Below, one piece after another: positions 12,834 to 25,842 of a stretch of DNA of 64,000 nt. The notes beneath the pieces are model-generated. The model was not told the DNA's origin, did not search any database, and was given only the letters and a program-made list of their open reading frames with translations. The DNA lies in assembly GCA_010405405.1 (NCBI GenBank), contig MU004241.1:372001-436000 (forward strand), in the 5' to 3' direction. This DNA comes from Microthyrium microscopicum (Eukaryota). The translations under genes and the position numbers were made by a program. Numbering within the stretch: position 1 is the stretch's first letter; every line of letters begins with the position of its first letter.

Positions 12834-15330
12834 TCTTATAGGAATTCTTAAATTTACTTTATCATTAATAATTACTTAGGATTAATATCTAGCAAGATAT
12901 GCTTTAAGAATATCGTTTTCTAATTAGCTAGCCTTATTATAGCTTAATACTTAGTAACTATATATTAGGAAATAATTCTTAGGATTTACGTATAATAATA
13001 TTCTTTATTATAATATATTCTAAAAATATCTTAAATTATTTTTAATTTAAACTATTATTTTAAGAATTATTAAATATATTATAAGAATTATCTCTTTTAT
13101 AACGATACTCTTTTTATTCTTATTAATCTTTATTACGTTAATTACGTAATTATTAGACAAAATATAAGAACTTCTCTTTAGAAAATTCTTTAAAATAACA
13201 TTATAAGAACTTTACTATATAGATTAAAGCTAATAAGTAATAACGTAAACTTTTAATTTTAGGTTATCTTAGAAAATTAGATTAAGATTTTATCTATATT
13301 AAGGAAGTATAAAAATCTATCTTAGAATAATTTCTTAACTCTAGATTCTATTTAACTAACTTTAGTATAGGAATTTCTAAATTTTAAGATTCTTTTTCTA
13401 CTTTATTAAGATTATACTCTTTATTAAAACTATTACCTCTCTTTACTAAAATAAATAACTAGTATAATAATATTATAGCTTAAGTTATAAAATAAGATAT
13501 TTAGTAAATATAATACTAAGCCTAAGTTACTAATTTAGGTTTTTAGAATAAGTAACTTACTTCTATATTACTAAATAATTTTTCTAACGTACTAAATCTT
13601 AGTTCTAACTTTATAACTTAGGTTGCTAACGTTTAGTAATTAAGGCCCTAAGCTCTAAACTATTCTATTAACATATATTAAGTTAATCTCTAAACTATTA
13701 ATTATTTTTTTACTAAATTATAAACTTCCTTTTAGGCTTAGAACTATACTTCTAAAGAACCTAACTACGTTCTCTAAGCTTATAACTAAACTTTCTAATA
13801 TAATAATAATAAAAATTAGTAGTTCGTAAATAAACTTATTTCTTCTTAAGAAGTATTATTTTATTTTATTATTAATAAGTAAAGTAAATAAGATTATAGC
13901 TTTAAACTTATAGAGAATGTTTAATATACTTAGTAGTAGAAGATAGTAAATTATATTACTAAATTAACTTCTTACCTTAATATAAGTAAGTTTACTTTAC
14001 GTACCTAAAATTACTAGATAAATAAAATTAAGGCTTATACTTAGACTTAGGCTTTAACTTAAGAAACTTTATAAATAGGTATTACTTACCTAGACCTTAT
14101 AGAAAAGCTAAATAAGGAGTTAAATAAAACTATTAAATTACTTTTCTAAACTTTTAGTCTCTAAAAACTTATTAAGATAATAAAGGACGTTTTTTAGGAA
14201 TAGAGATAATATTTAACTAAGTTTAAGATACTTTTTAATAGTTCGTTCTTTAAGAAACTAAGTAAGTATAATATTTAAGCTAAGAGTTTTTTTCGCATTT
14301 TTAAGGTTAATAAGGATATTTTTTTATTAGATTCTATTTTACTTAAATAGTAGAAAATTACTAAGGTTAAAGAATATCTTTCTATTAAGTAACGTTTTTT
14401 ATAGGCTAACTTAGCTTAGTAATAGGCTATAAAGAAGTTTAAGATACTTAAAAGTTTATTTTACTTCTTTGTCTATTTTTAACTTATATTTAGTATTAAA
14501 AAAGATATGCTTAAAATTAGTATCTAGTAAGATTATATATTATAGGTTTTATTTACTAAGAAATTTATTTATTATTTTTATATTTTATAAACTTAAATAA
14601 ATTCTATATCTACTAATTACGAAATAGGTATCTAAATCTAAGAAGGCCTTAAAGAATAGGTTACTTTTAAAGCTAAGTATAAGTATAATACTATTTTTAA
14701 TCTTATAGTTAATATTTTAGCCTTTAAATAAGAGATTATTAAATATAATATAGACTCTTATAGAAATATATATAATATTTATAACGCTTATAAGCTAAAG
14801 TAGCTTAATAAAATCTTTTTTAGTTTTAAAGAAGATAAAGAGCTTACTTTAAATACTAGTTTTAAGGAATATCTTAAAAAAGTTAATAATAAAAGCTATA
14901 TTAATAATAAGCTTAAGTTAAATAATAAAAATTTAGAGTAGTTTAACGTTATAAATAGCTATAGTTATTATTTTAAAAGATAACGTAATACTTAACGTTT
15001 TAGAAAATTTAACTCTAATAAGAAGTTATAGCCTTCTTATAAAAAGGACTTTAAAGGTAGGAAAGTTTTTATAAATAACTTTAAACTTAAGTACTAAAAT
15101 TATAATAAATTTAATTACTACGTTATAGATTATAAAAAGCCTAATTAGTAATAATAAGGTTTAAAAAATTATTATTATTAGAAAATAAATAGGAATTTTC
15201 TAACTTAGAATTAGAATACTTTACTTATCTATATAACGATTAATAAGCTTTTCTTAACTATATAAGTAGATATAGTAATACTTTCTTACGTTTACTTATT
15301 TACTTATATTATAAAAATTATTCTATTAAG

Positions 15331-18300
15331 ACTATAGCTTTCTTAGATTTAGGAGCTAACTTTATTTACGTTAGTTAAAAAATTATTAGGAAATTTAAAG
15401 CTTTTATAATATTTATTTTAGAGAAAGAAGTTACTCTTATAGATAGTTATATAGTTATAACTTTTTTTAGAATTTACTTATTTTATTATATTAAGACTTT
15501 TTATAGCTACTTTAAGGCTTATATTTTAGATATTTCTAATCTTAACGTTATTTTTAGACTTTTATAGTTCTAGTTATGTAATTTATAAATTAATTAGATA
15601 ATAGAGCAAATTAAGCTTATAAAGTAACATTTAAGAAGCTTATATATTTATAAGCTTATTATAAAATACTAAGTAGAGCCTTTCTAGAATAAGAAGAGCT
15701 ATCTAGAATAAATAGAGTAGTTTATAGCTAGCTCTCTTTATATAATCTTTTAAGTACTTTAAAATAAGGTAAAAAGAGTAGAAAATAAAGTTAAGAACGT
15801 TTTTTAGCTAATTTACAAAATATAGGAATAGCTTAATATTCTCTTAATAACTAATGACCTTAATATCTATAAACTTGCTTTAGAAGATAAAAATATATAG
15901 AAACTTTTAAATAATTATTATAAGTTTTTTCATTATACTTTTTTTAAACTCTTCTTATACTCTAAGTTTAATTATAAAATCTTTATAAAGAACGCTCTTT
16001 TTTATAACTAAGCTTATTATTAGATATCTAGCCTATAACTAAAAAAGTAGAAAAAGTAGATTTAAGAACTATTTATTAAAAGATTTATTAGAGTTTTAAA
16101 AAGTCTTTAGAATTTTTTTATTTTATTTATACTAAAGCTAGAAAAAAAATAGAGAATATATATTAACTATTATTTACTTAATATAGTTACGCGTAAGGAT
16201 ACTTATTTTTTACTATAAATTAATAAGTATCTTAATATTATTAGTAGAGTAAAATTCTTTTCTAAGCTTAACTTCTTATTAGGTTATTAGTAAATCTATA
16301 TAATAGAAAAAGATGTTAAGAAAATAGCTTTTAATACTAAGTTTAAGAAGTATAAGTTTTTTATTATACTTTTTAGATTAATAAATACGTTATTATTTTT
16401 TTAACGTATAATAAATATACTTCTTTAGCTTTTTTTATTAATCTACGTAGTTATTTACTTAAATAATATTATTATTTACTTAGATACTATAAAGGAATAT
16501 TATAAGTATATTATTTAGGTTCTAAAAATTTTTTAGAATAATAAGCTCTATACTTATCTTAATAAATATATTTTTAGGATTAAAAAAATTAAATTTTATA
16601 GCTATAAAGTAAAAAGTTAGTAAATTTAATTCTTATATAAAAAGACTACTTTAATTAAGTTCTAGCTTATACTTAAGAACGTATATAAAGTATATTAATT
16701 TCTTAGTTTTATCTTATATTACTAGTAGTATATTAAGAACTTCGTTAAGATTATTACTCTTATCTTTAACCTCTTAAAGGAGGTTAACTTAGATATTAAA
16801 AAAAAGAAGTATTACTCTATTACTTAGACTTATTAATATATTATAGCTTTTAATAGAATTAAGATTTTATTAATCTCATTACCTATTTTAGTAATATATA
16901 ACTTATAAAAGTTTATAAAGTTCTAAATAGATACTTTAGATTATATAATTAGTTATAAGCTAGTATAAGAAGATAATTAAAATAAATAGTACTTAGTTAC
17001 TTTTAATAGCTATAAGCTAAGTAGAGCTAAACTTAACTATTTAGTATATAAGAAAAAGCTTCTTATAATTAAGGATATAATTAAAAGATATTAATACTAC
17101 TTTTTAGAAAAAACTACTAAAATAATTACGAATTATAATAACTTATAATATATAAATACAATTAAGAATAATACTTAACGTATTACTTAATAAATTAAAA
17201 AGTTTTAAGAATTTAATCTTATCTTTACATATCGTAAAGATTTTTAAGTAATAATTTTTAATACTTTTAGTTATTACTTAAACTTTTAAGAAAGATAGAT
17301 TAATATTATTTAAGAAATAGAGTCTAAAAATAGTAATAATAACTTATTTTCTAAGGCGTAAGTTATCTTATTAGAATCTTTATAAGAGTAGAAAAAATAG
17401 AAAGTCTTTTATATATAAGATTTATAAAAAGCGTTAAAAAAAAAAAATTATATTATTTCTATTAGCGTATAGAAAAGGTTTTAAAAAAGCGTTCTTAATT
17501 ATTTTTAGATTAACCTTAATAAAGATATTAAAAGGAAACATAAATATTTATTTTTAGAAAAAGATTTTACTAAAGCTAAGATACTTACTAGTTTACTTTA
17601 TATTTACTTTTTTTATTACTAAGACCTTATTAAGAAAGTATATAATTAGTATAGGTACCTATTATATATAAGCTTTACTAGTATTCTTAAACTAGAAGAT
17701 TAATAGCTAAAGATAGAGAATAACTTTTAGAAATTTACCTAGTTCTATTTTATATATTAAGTTTAATAAATAGATTAAAGTAGGTTTAAATATAGATTCT
17801 ACTATTAAGTATAAAACTTATAGCTATTTAAGGCTTAGGGAATTAACTTAATTAGTAAACTTTTATAGAGTTTTCTTAGAAATTAGTATATTATCTATAT
17901 AATTAACTATACTATAGAATAGCTTATTATAAAAGTAGTACTAAATATTACTACTCTTATAGTTATAGAATTTATTTATAAGAAAATTATTTTAGAATAT
18001 AGTCTTTCTTAATTATTAATCTTAGATAATAAATTTTAATTTATCTTAGACGTAATTTTGTCCTTATTATAATAGATAAAAACTAAGTACTACTTAATAG
18101 CTCTATATAACTTCTAGTTTAATAGGAAGGTTAAGAGATTTAATAGCCTACTAGGTATATTTCTAACTAAGTTCTTAGAAAAAAAATTTATAGCTAGCTA
18201 AGATCTATACTTAAATTAAATAGTTTATATTACTAAGATATAAGCTTATACTACGTTAGAAATATCTCTCTTCTTCTTTATTTATAAAAGAGATTTTAAG

Positions 18301-18600
18301 AACTTTAAAATAAGTTAAGTAAAGAAAGATAAATAAGCTAAATTAACTAGTATTATACTTTCTATCTATATAATTATTAAAAATCGCTTAAAGAAGGTTA
18401 GAACTACTAAATAAGTCTATTATAACGCTTTATTAAAATAAGTTATAGTTTTAAATTTTATTAATAGTAATATAATTTTAAAAGAGAACTTTATTATTAA
18501 GTTCTTTATAAGTTCTTATATATTTCTTAAAAACTTAAATAAAACTAAGTTCTAAGTAACGTAGTTTAGCTTTTATAAAGTCTTAAAAGCTTATTTTTTA
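15331..18600 (+). pseudogene. RIP-degraded pol (protease, RT, RNase H, integrase) of copy 1; gag relic upstream, apparently in the same frame
   Basis: All motifs lie in one frame once C>T/G>A changes are reversed: ALLDSGA (~15337), KTAF..FG.YEFLVMPFGLTNAP (16321), VVYLDDII (TAC TTA AAT AAT at 16456), TDASD (~16927), NYPVHEKELL (~17035), WGIDLIG (~17836), NGKVERFN (18121), WFGPYKV (~18562). Confidence 0.88.
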
Positions 18601-19899
18601 GGAATATATACTTTTAAGATACTTAATAGAAAAGTATTTAGAAACCTTATTTATAAGAATTACTTTATATAAGCATATACGTAAAAAGAAAATAAATATT
18701 ATTATTAGAACTAGCTATATTTTAAGTATAAATAACTAAGTAAGAACAACTTTAAAGGCGTTTTAAATAAAGAACGTAAAAGTAAAATAGATATATCTAC
18801 TATAATTAAGAAAGACTAGCTTAATAGATTAAGAAACTTTTTAGTAAAATTAATTAATATTAAGAAGTCTAGTACTAGAAGATATTATTTAAGTTTACTT
18901 ATTATTCTTCTTAACTTTATAAGAAAAGTTTAAAAAGCTAAAATAGGTATTTATAGATAAGAAAAGAAACACTTTATAGTAATTATTTATAATCTAAGTA
19001 GTAACTTAGAGATTTCTATAGCGTTAAAATATATTTCTTTTAGCTTAATTCTAGCTTTAGCATAAGATAATTTAAATTAAATAGAATAAATTATATAAAA
19101 AGTAAAATATTCTATAGTATTATAAGATTTAGTAAGGAAAGAGAATAATAATATTTCTATTCTTCTAAATTAAAGCTTAGTAAAAAAGGAAATCCTCTTA
19201 GCTATAGTAGAATAAGAATTAATCTTTATATTACTAAAATAATAAAAGTAAGAAAATAAATTATTAAGGCTAAGAAGCTATAATAGAATTACTACTTTAA
19301 TTACTTACATGCTTATATTAGAGGTAATAGATTTATATAAATAGGTATTTAATCTTAGAGAGGACTATTAGAGTATTAACCTTTTATTATTAAATATTAT
19401 AAAAGTAGAGGTTCTTTTTATAAATTACTCTAAACTTAGTCTATTATAAGAGATAAATATAACTAAAGAATTTTTATAAGATATTAATATATTTAGGCTA
19501 ACTATAACGCTTAGTAGTTCTATATATCTTAGTATTAGCCTATAATATTTAAGATTAGAATAGAGATAGTAGAAGGCTACTTCTAGATAAGAAATTATCT
19601 TACGTATAGATATAAGCAAAGTATTTATAAGAAAGAAAAGAAAAATTAACTTTTTATTATCTTTTTTATAACCTTTCCTAATTATATTTATTTAAGAAAT
19701 AGTTTATAAGAAATTACTTTTATTTTATTATTAATTTAAGTAAACTATTATAAGCTATAATAAATAAGCTAAACCTTTAGATCTTCTTAGTAATTCTTAG
19801 GACTATTACTAAAGTCTACTCTTTAATAAACTAATAAGATAAGATTAGGAAATATAGGAATATTAAAGAACTACTACTATATATTCTACTATAATTCTA

Positions 19900-21450
19900 T
19901 AGAGTTTTATCTTTTTAAGGTTTATGCTTATTCCTTCTTCTTATTCTTTAAAAGCTTTATCTAGGTTGCTAATTCTATAGTAATTTTAGCTATTCTAAAG
20001 TACTTTTTATTAATTAATAACTTAAGAATACTAAGAGAAGTAGATAATTAAATAATAGTAGAATTTAGACCTTTCTTCTAACTTTATAGTAGAACATAGT
20101 CTTTATAGAATAAATAAGTTTAAGGTTTATTATTAAACGTATAATTAATATAAACGTCATTTAGAAAAGAAGCTTTATTTTTTTTATATATACTAATAAC
20201 GTACTTATTATAAGTATAGACTTATAATAAGTCTTAGTAATATATATAAGCTTTTTCTTACTTTATTCTTATAGTTATATATATTATAAAAGTCTTTAAA
20301 TAAGAAGACGATAATAGAATATTTCTAGTTAAGAATAAAGTACTTAAATATTAATAGATTCTTTGCTAAGGTATAAATATTAGGATATTAGTAACTTTTA
20401 TTAGAATACTATTATCTTTTTAGTAATATTTTAAAAACTAGAAGAGCAATTTCTAAGTTATTTTCTTCTTTAAGAGTTTAACATTCTTAAAAGCAAGATA
20501 TTAGTTAGAGTTTAGGAACTTAACCTACTTTTTTTAATAATTTATACTCTTTTTAGTAGTTAGTTTTATTATATTTATATAACTATATATAGTAAATAGC
20601 TTTTTTAGAATTACTATTAAGCTTACTTTATATTTATATTTTTAGAATTTTATTTATTTTAACTTCTATTTACGTTTATTATACGTAGCTTTAATAGTTT
20701 TAATATATTTATAAGTATCTTTTAGGCTTTTATTAGTAAAGGCTAGTTAATTTTTATAATTTTTTACTTCTTATTTTATAAATTCTTAATACTTTATTAA
20801 GTTTATTAACTCTTTTTTAATAGCTTTATATTTATAAATTAAAACTATTATAAAAGTTTTAGTATAGAAATTACGTACTTATAATAAATTAAAGAATATA
20901 GAAGTTTTATATTTAGCCTTATAATTACTTTTTAATAAGTCTAGATTTTTTATTATATACGTTAATTTTTAAGTAAAAGTATTATTAATAGAAATTATTT
21001 AATAAGATATTTTTAGTATTATAGAAAATATTAAAAACTCGTAGCAAAGATAAAAGACGTTATTAAAAATATTATTAAAGAGATCTTCTTTTTTTTTATT
21101 AGTTTTTAGGATTTAGTTAATTAATTAGAAACTTATAGAATAAGAATAACGCTTAATTAAGTTATAAACTAATTCCTTAAGAGTTTCTTTATAATTTAGT
21201 AAAGGAGATAAAATCTTAGTCTTAATTTTTTTACATAAATAAGTTATATAAGGCAAAGGCTATTTTTATTTATCTTCTTTTAGAGTATTAATAATTTTTT
21301 AATAGGCGTCTAAATAAGAAAAGTTTTCCTTATTAGACTTTTAAGAGCTACTCTTTTTTAGAGTATTTAGAAAAGTTATTTTAAGAGTTTTAAGAAGTAT
21401 AAATAGTAAGTTTTAAGTAAGGAGAATATATAAAGTTATTTATATTTAAT
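19900..21450 (-). pseudogene. Putative extra antisense ORF relic (coiled-coil-like) inside the retrotransposon 3' region; boundaries approximate
   Basis: Strand composition flips to T-rich on +. A two-copy consensus of about 20640-20845 reads on - as an E/K/Q/A/L-rich helical peptide whose only stops are TAA/TAG, derivable from CAA/CAG. Confidence 0.45.
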
Positions 21451-22023
21451 AATATTAGAAGTATAAAAGGAAATCTACTTTTATTAGCTTAAAAATATTA
21501 TAAAAGTATAATAAAGAAAAAGAAAAGAAGACGATAAATCGTAAAGCTTTATAGATATAAGATTAGGTTTCTATCTCTATATTTACTTAGATTAGTAATT
21601 ACTACTTAGTTCTTTATTATTACTTATATATTACTTTTTATAAACTTTACTTTTTAAAGCTTTAATATATAGGTTATATATATTTCTTATTAGATTAAGT
21701 AGCTTTAATATACTTATATAAACCTTTTATAATTCCTTAATATACTATTATTAATAGCTTTTATATAAATAAACCTTTTTAAAAGGATTAAGGGATTATA
21801 AATACTTAAGTATTATTTATAATAATTTAACTAAGATTTTAGAAAGAGTTTTTAAAGAATAATATCTTAAAGATTACTATTTAGTATAACTAAGGTAATA
21901 AATCTAGTTTCTAAGTAGAGATTCTTTATTAGTTATTATAATATTCTTTTTATTTTACTTATTTATTAAAGTTATAGCTATAGAATTTATAATCTTAAGA
22001 GAGTTTATACTAGTAAGGAAGGA

Positions 22024-22175
22024 TATTATAATAAAGAATATATTAAGGGATTAAATAATCGTAGGACCTAATTAGGAATAACATAATTTCTTAATTAGCG
22101 TATTCTAAAAACTATATTAGGTCCTTAGACTCCCATAGTAATTAACTACACTTTATTTCTAATATTCTTGCAACA
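22024..22175 (+). repeat. 3' LTR of copy 1 (152 bp)
   Basis: Direct repeat of 12635-12786; ends CTTGCAACA; preceded by the purine tract AAGGAAGGA. Confidence 0.93.
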
Positions 22176-23145
22176 GTGAGGAGACCTAGCAATCAGGTTA
22201 GTAGCGCGACTCCAGCGCCAGAAAGAAAAGCACGCCCATGCCAGCCATCCTAGCAAGCACTAGCCAAGTATGTGGAAGGCCAAGAGAAGCATTTGTTGCC
22301 GTACGCGAGAGTTGAGAAACGCGAGGTGGCAATTATTGGTTTCCTAAAGCGGCATATCAGATCAGGCTGTAGTGTTCTTCAGCATTGCTAGTGGTCCGTC
22401 TCTGGTCACTGCTTGCTTTCAACGTGGAACCAGTACCAGTACCACCATTTTCTTCCATAAACGGGCTCACAGGCTTGTCAGGGTACTGATGAGGAGATTG
22501 AACGATGATTCCCTAGCGCGACTAGAATCCTTGATAGCTAAATATTTCAGCGAAGGAAGCCAAGATAAGGAAGATCTTTCATCTTCTTTCCAAAGTTCAG
22601 GTTGATTCGACTTTCCAACAGCAGTATGAACTGCTCATAGAGAGCAGCTTACGAAACCACCTGAAAGGCAATGTCTACCAAAGATTGATTATATTGACTG
22701 CAGTACCTCTATAAGGTTTTGCTTTCAAGCGGAGGCGTTGCTTCTGTGCTGTCAGTAGTGGCAAACGAAGTACTCCAAGTACAGAGGGAATGGTACCGCT
22801 GGCCTGGACAAGGAAACTCCCTAATTATTCCATTTTGCCCATAAAAGCTAATGGTACTTGAATGATGGATGCTTCACTTTCGCATCTTGAACTAAATGCA
22901 GGCAGCATCAGCCTTTACTCTTAATGTTTCCACTTGCGAATCCATCCTTAAAACTATACTCTAGAGTACTAGGCAGATCTTCGAGAATTGTTACGGGAAA
23001 CACGCTAGTAACTGTGCTTTCAAGAAGAATATTGAATAGAAACGATATAAGGCATTTGACTGAGAGCAAAGAAGGAGCTCCGAGAATCATGAACTTAAGG
23101 AAATTTTAGGCTAGCGATTCCGTTGGTAGGTTAGCCCATATGTAG

Positions 23146-23297
23146 TATTATGATAAAGAACATACTAAGGGATTAGATAATTATAGGACCTAATTAGGGA
23201 TAACATAATCCCCTAATTAGCGTATCCTAAAAACTATATTAGGCCCTTAGACTCTCATAATAATTAACTACGCTTTATTTCTTATATTCTTATAATA
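23146..23297 (+). repeat. 5' LTR of copy 2 (152 bp)
   Basis: Aligns with the other three LTRs. Confidence 0.93.
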
Positions 23298-25842
23298 TTT
23301 AGTAGCAATAATTTAATTTAATTAGGACCTCTAGATAATAAATCTCTTATAGAAATTCTTAGATTTATCTTATTATTAATAATTACTTAGAATTAATATC
23401 TAGCAAGATATACTCTAAGAATACTATTCCTTAATTAGCTAGCCTTATTATAGCTTAATACCTAGTAACTATATATTAGAAAACAATTCTTAGAATATTA
23501 TATATAATAATATTCTTTACTATAATATATTTAGAAAATATCTTAAATTATCTTTAATTTAAACTACTACTTTAAGAATTATTAAATATATTATAAAAAT
23601 TATTTCTTCTATAATAATACTCTTCTTATCTTTACTAATCTTTATTACGTTAATTATACAATTATTAAATAAAACTTAAAAACTCTTTTCTAAAAAATCC
23701 TTTAAGATAACGTTATAGAAACTTTACTATATAAATTAAAGCTAATAAGTAACAACGTAGATTCTTAGCCTTAGGTTATCTTAAGAAATTAGATTAAGAT
23801 CTTATCTATACTAAGAAAGTATAAAAATCTACTTTAAAATAATTTTCTAACTCTAGATTTTATTTAACTAACTTTAGTATAGGAACTTCTAGACTTTAAA
23901 ACTCTTCTTCTATCTTACTAAAATTATACTCTTTATTAAAACTATTACTTTTCTTTACTAAAATAAATAACTAGTATAATAATATTATAGCCTAAGTTAT
24001 AGAATAAAATACTTAGTAAGTATAATACTAAGCCTAGATTACTAACTTAGGTCCTTAAAATAAGTAACTTACTTCTATATTACTAAATAACTTTTCTAGC
24101 GTACTAAATCCTAGTCTTAATTTTATAACTTAGATTATTAATATTTAGTAATTAGAGCCCTAAGCTCTAAACTATTCTACTAGCGCGTAATAAGTTAATC
24201 TTTAGATTATTAACTATCCTCCTACTAAACTATAAACTTCCTTTTAAGTTTAGAACTATACTCTTAAAAGACTTAATTACGTTCTTTAGGCTTATAACTA
24301 AACTTTTTAATAAGATAATAATAGAAATTAGTAGTTTATAAATAGGCTTACTTTTTTTTAGAGAGTACTATTTTATTTTACTACTAATAAGTAAATTAAA
24401 TAAGATTAGAGCTTTAAATCTATAAAGGACGTCTAATATACCTAGTAGTAGAAGATAGTAAATTATATTACTAAATTAACCTCTTACTTTAACGTAAATA
24501 AGTTTACTCTACGTACTTAAGATTATTAAGTAGATAAAATTAAGGCTTATACTTAAATATAAGTATTAACTTAGAATACTCTATAAATAAGTATTACTTA
24601 TCTAAACCTTATAGGAAAGCTAAGTAAAGAGTTAAATAAGATTATTAAATTACTCTTCTAAACTTTTAGCCTTTAAAAACTCGTTAAGATAATAAGAGAC
24701 GTTCCTTAAGAATAAAAATAATATTTAACTAAGTTTAAAATACTTTCTAATAGTTCATTCTTTAAGAAACTAAGTAAGTACGATATCTAGGCTAAGAGCC
24801 TCCTTTATACCTTTAAGGCTAGTAAGGATATTATCTTATTAGATTCTATTCTACTTAAGTAGTAGAAAATTATTAAAATTAGAGAATGTTTTTCTATTAA
24901 GTAATGTTTTCTATAAGCTAATTTAGCTTAATAATAGGCTATAGAGGAGTTTAAGATACTTAAAAGTTTATCTTACTTTTTTACCTATTTTTAACCTATA
25001 TTTAGTATTAAAAAAGATATACTTAAAATTAGTATTTAGTAAAACTATATATTATAGGTTTTATTTACTAAGGAATTTATTTATTATCTTTATATTCTAT
25101 AAACTTAAATAAATCCTATACCTATTAATTATAAATTAGGTATCTAAATTTAAGAAGGCCTTAAAGAATAGGTTACCTTTAAAGCTAAGTATAAGTATAA
25201 TACTATTTCTAATTCTATAGTTAATATTTTAGCCTTTAAATAAGAGATTATTAAATATAATATAGACTTTTATAAGAACGTATATAATACTTATAATACT
25301 TATAAGCTAAAATAGCTTAATAAAATCTTCTTTAATTTTAAGGAAAATAAAGAGCCTATTTTAAATACTAGTTCTAAGAAATATCTTAAGGAAGTTAATA
25401 GTAATAGCTATACTAATAATAAGCTTAAGTTAGATAATAAAAATTTAGGATAGTTTAACGCTATAAATAGCTATAGTTACTACCTTAAAGAATAATATAA
25501 TACTTAACGTTCTAAGAAATTTAACTTTAATAAAAAGTTATAGCCCTTTTATAAAAAGGACTCTAAAGATAGAAAAGCTTTTATAAATAACTCTAAACTT
25601 AAGTACTAAAATTATAGTAAACTTAGCTACTACGTTATAGATTATAAAAAGCTTAACTAGTAATAATAAAGTTTAAAAAACTATTATTACTAAGAAATAA
25701 ATAGAAATCTTCTAGCTTAGAACTAGAATATTTTACTTATCTATATAATAACTAATAAGCTTTTCTTAATTATATAAGTAAATATAATAACACTCTCTTA
25801 TATCTACTTATTTACTTATATTATAAAAATTATTCTATTAAG

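Larger units (their letters stand above)
12635..22175 (+). mobile_element. Full-length Ty3/Gypsy LTR retrotransposon, copy 1 (RIP-inactivated, 9541 bp)
   Basis: Termini TGTTG...CAACA; 5-bp TSD GTGAG at 12630-12634 and 22176-22180; 152-bp direct LTRs; extreme AT richness with CA/TG depletion; relic PR-RT-RH-INT order; purine tract just before the 3' LTR. Confidence 0.95.
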
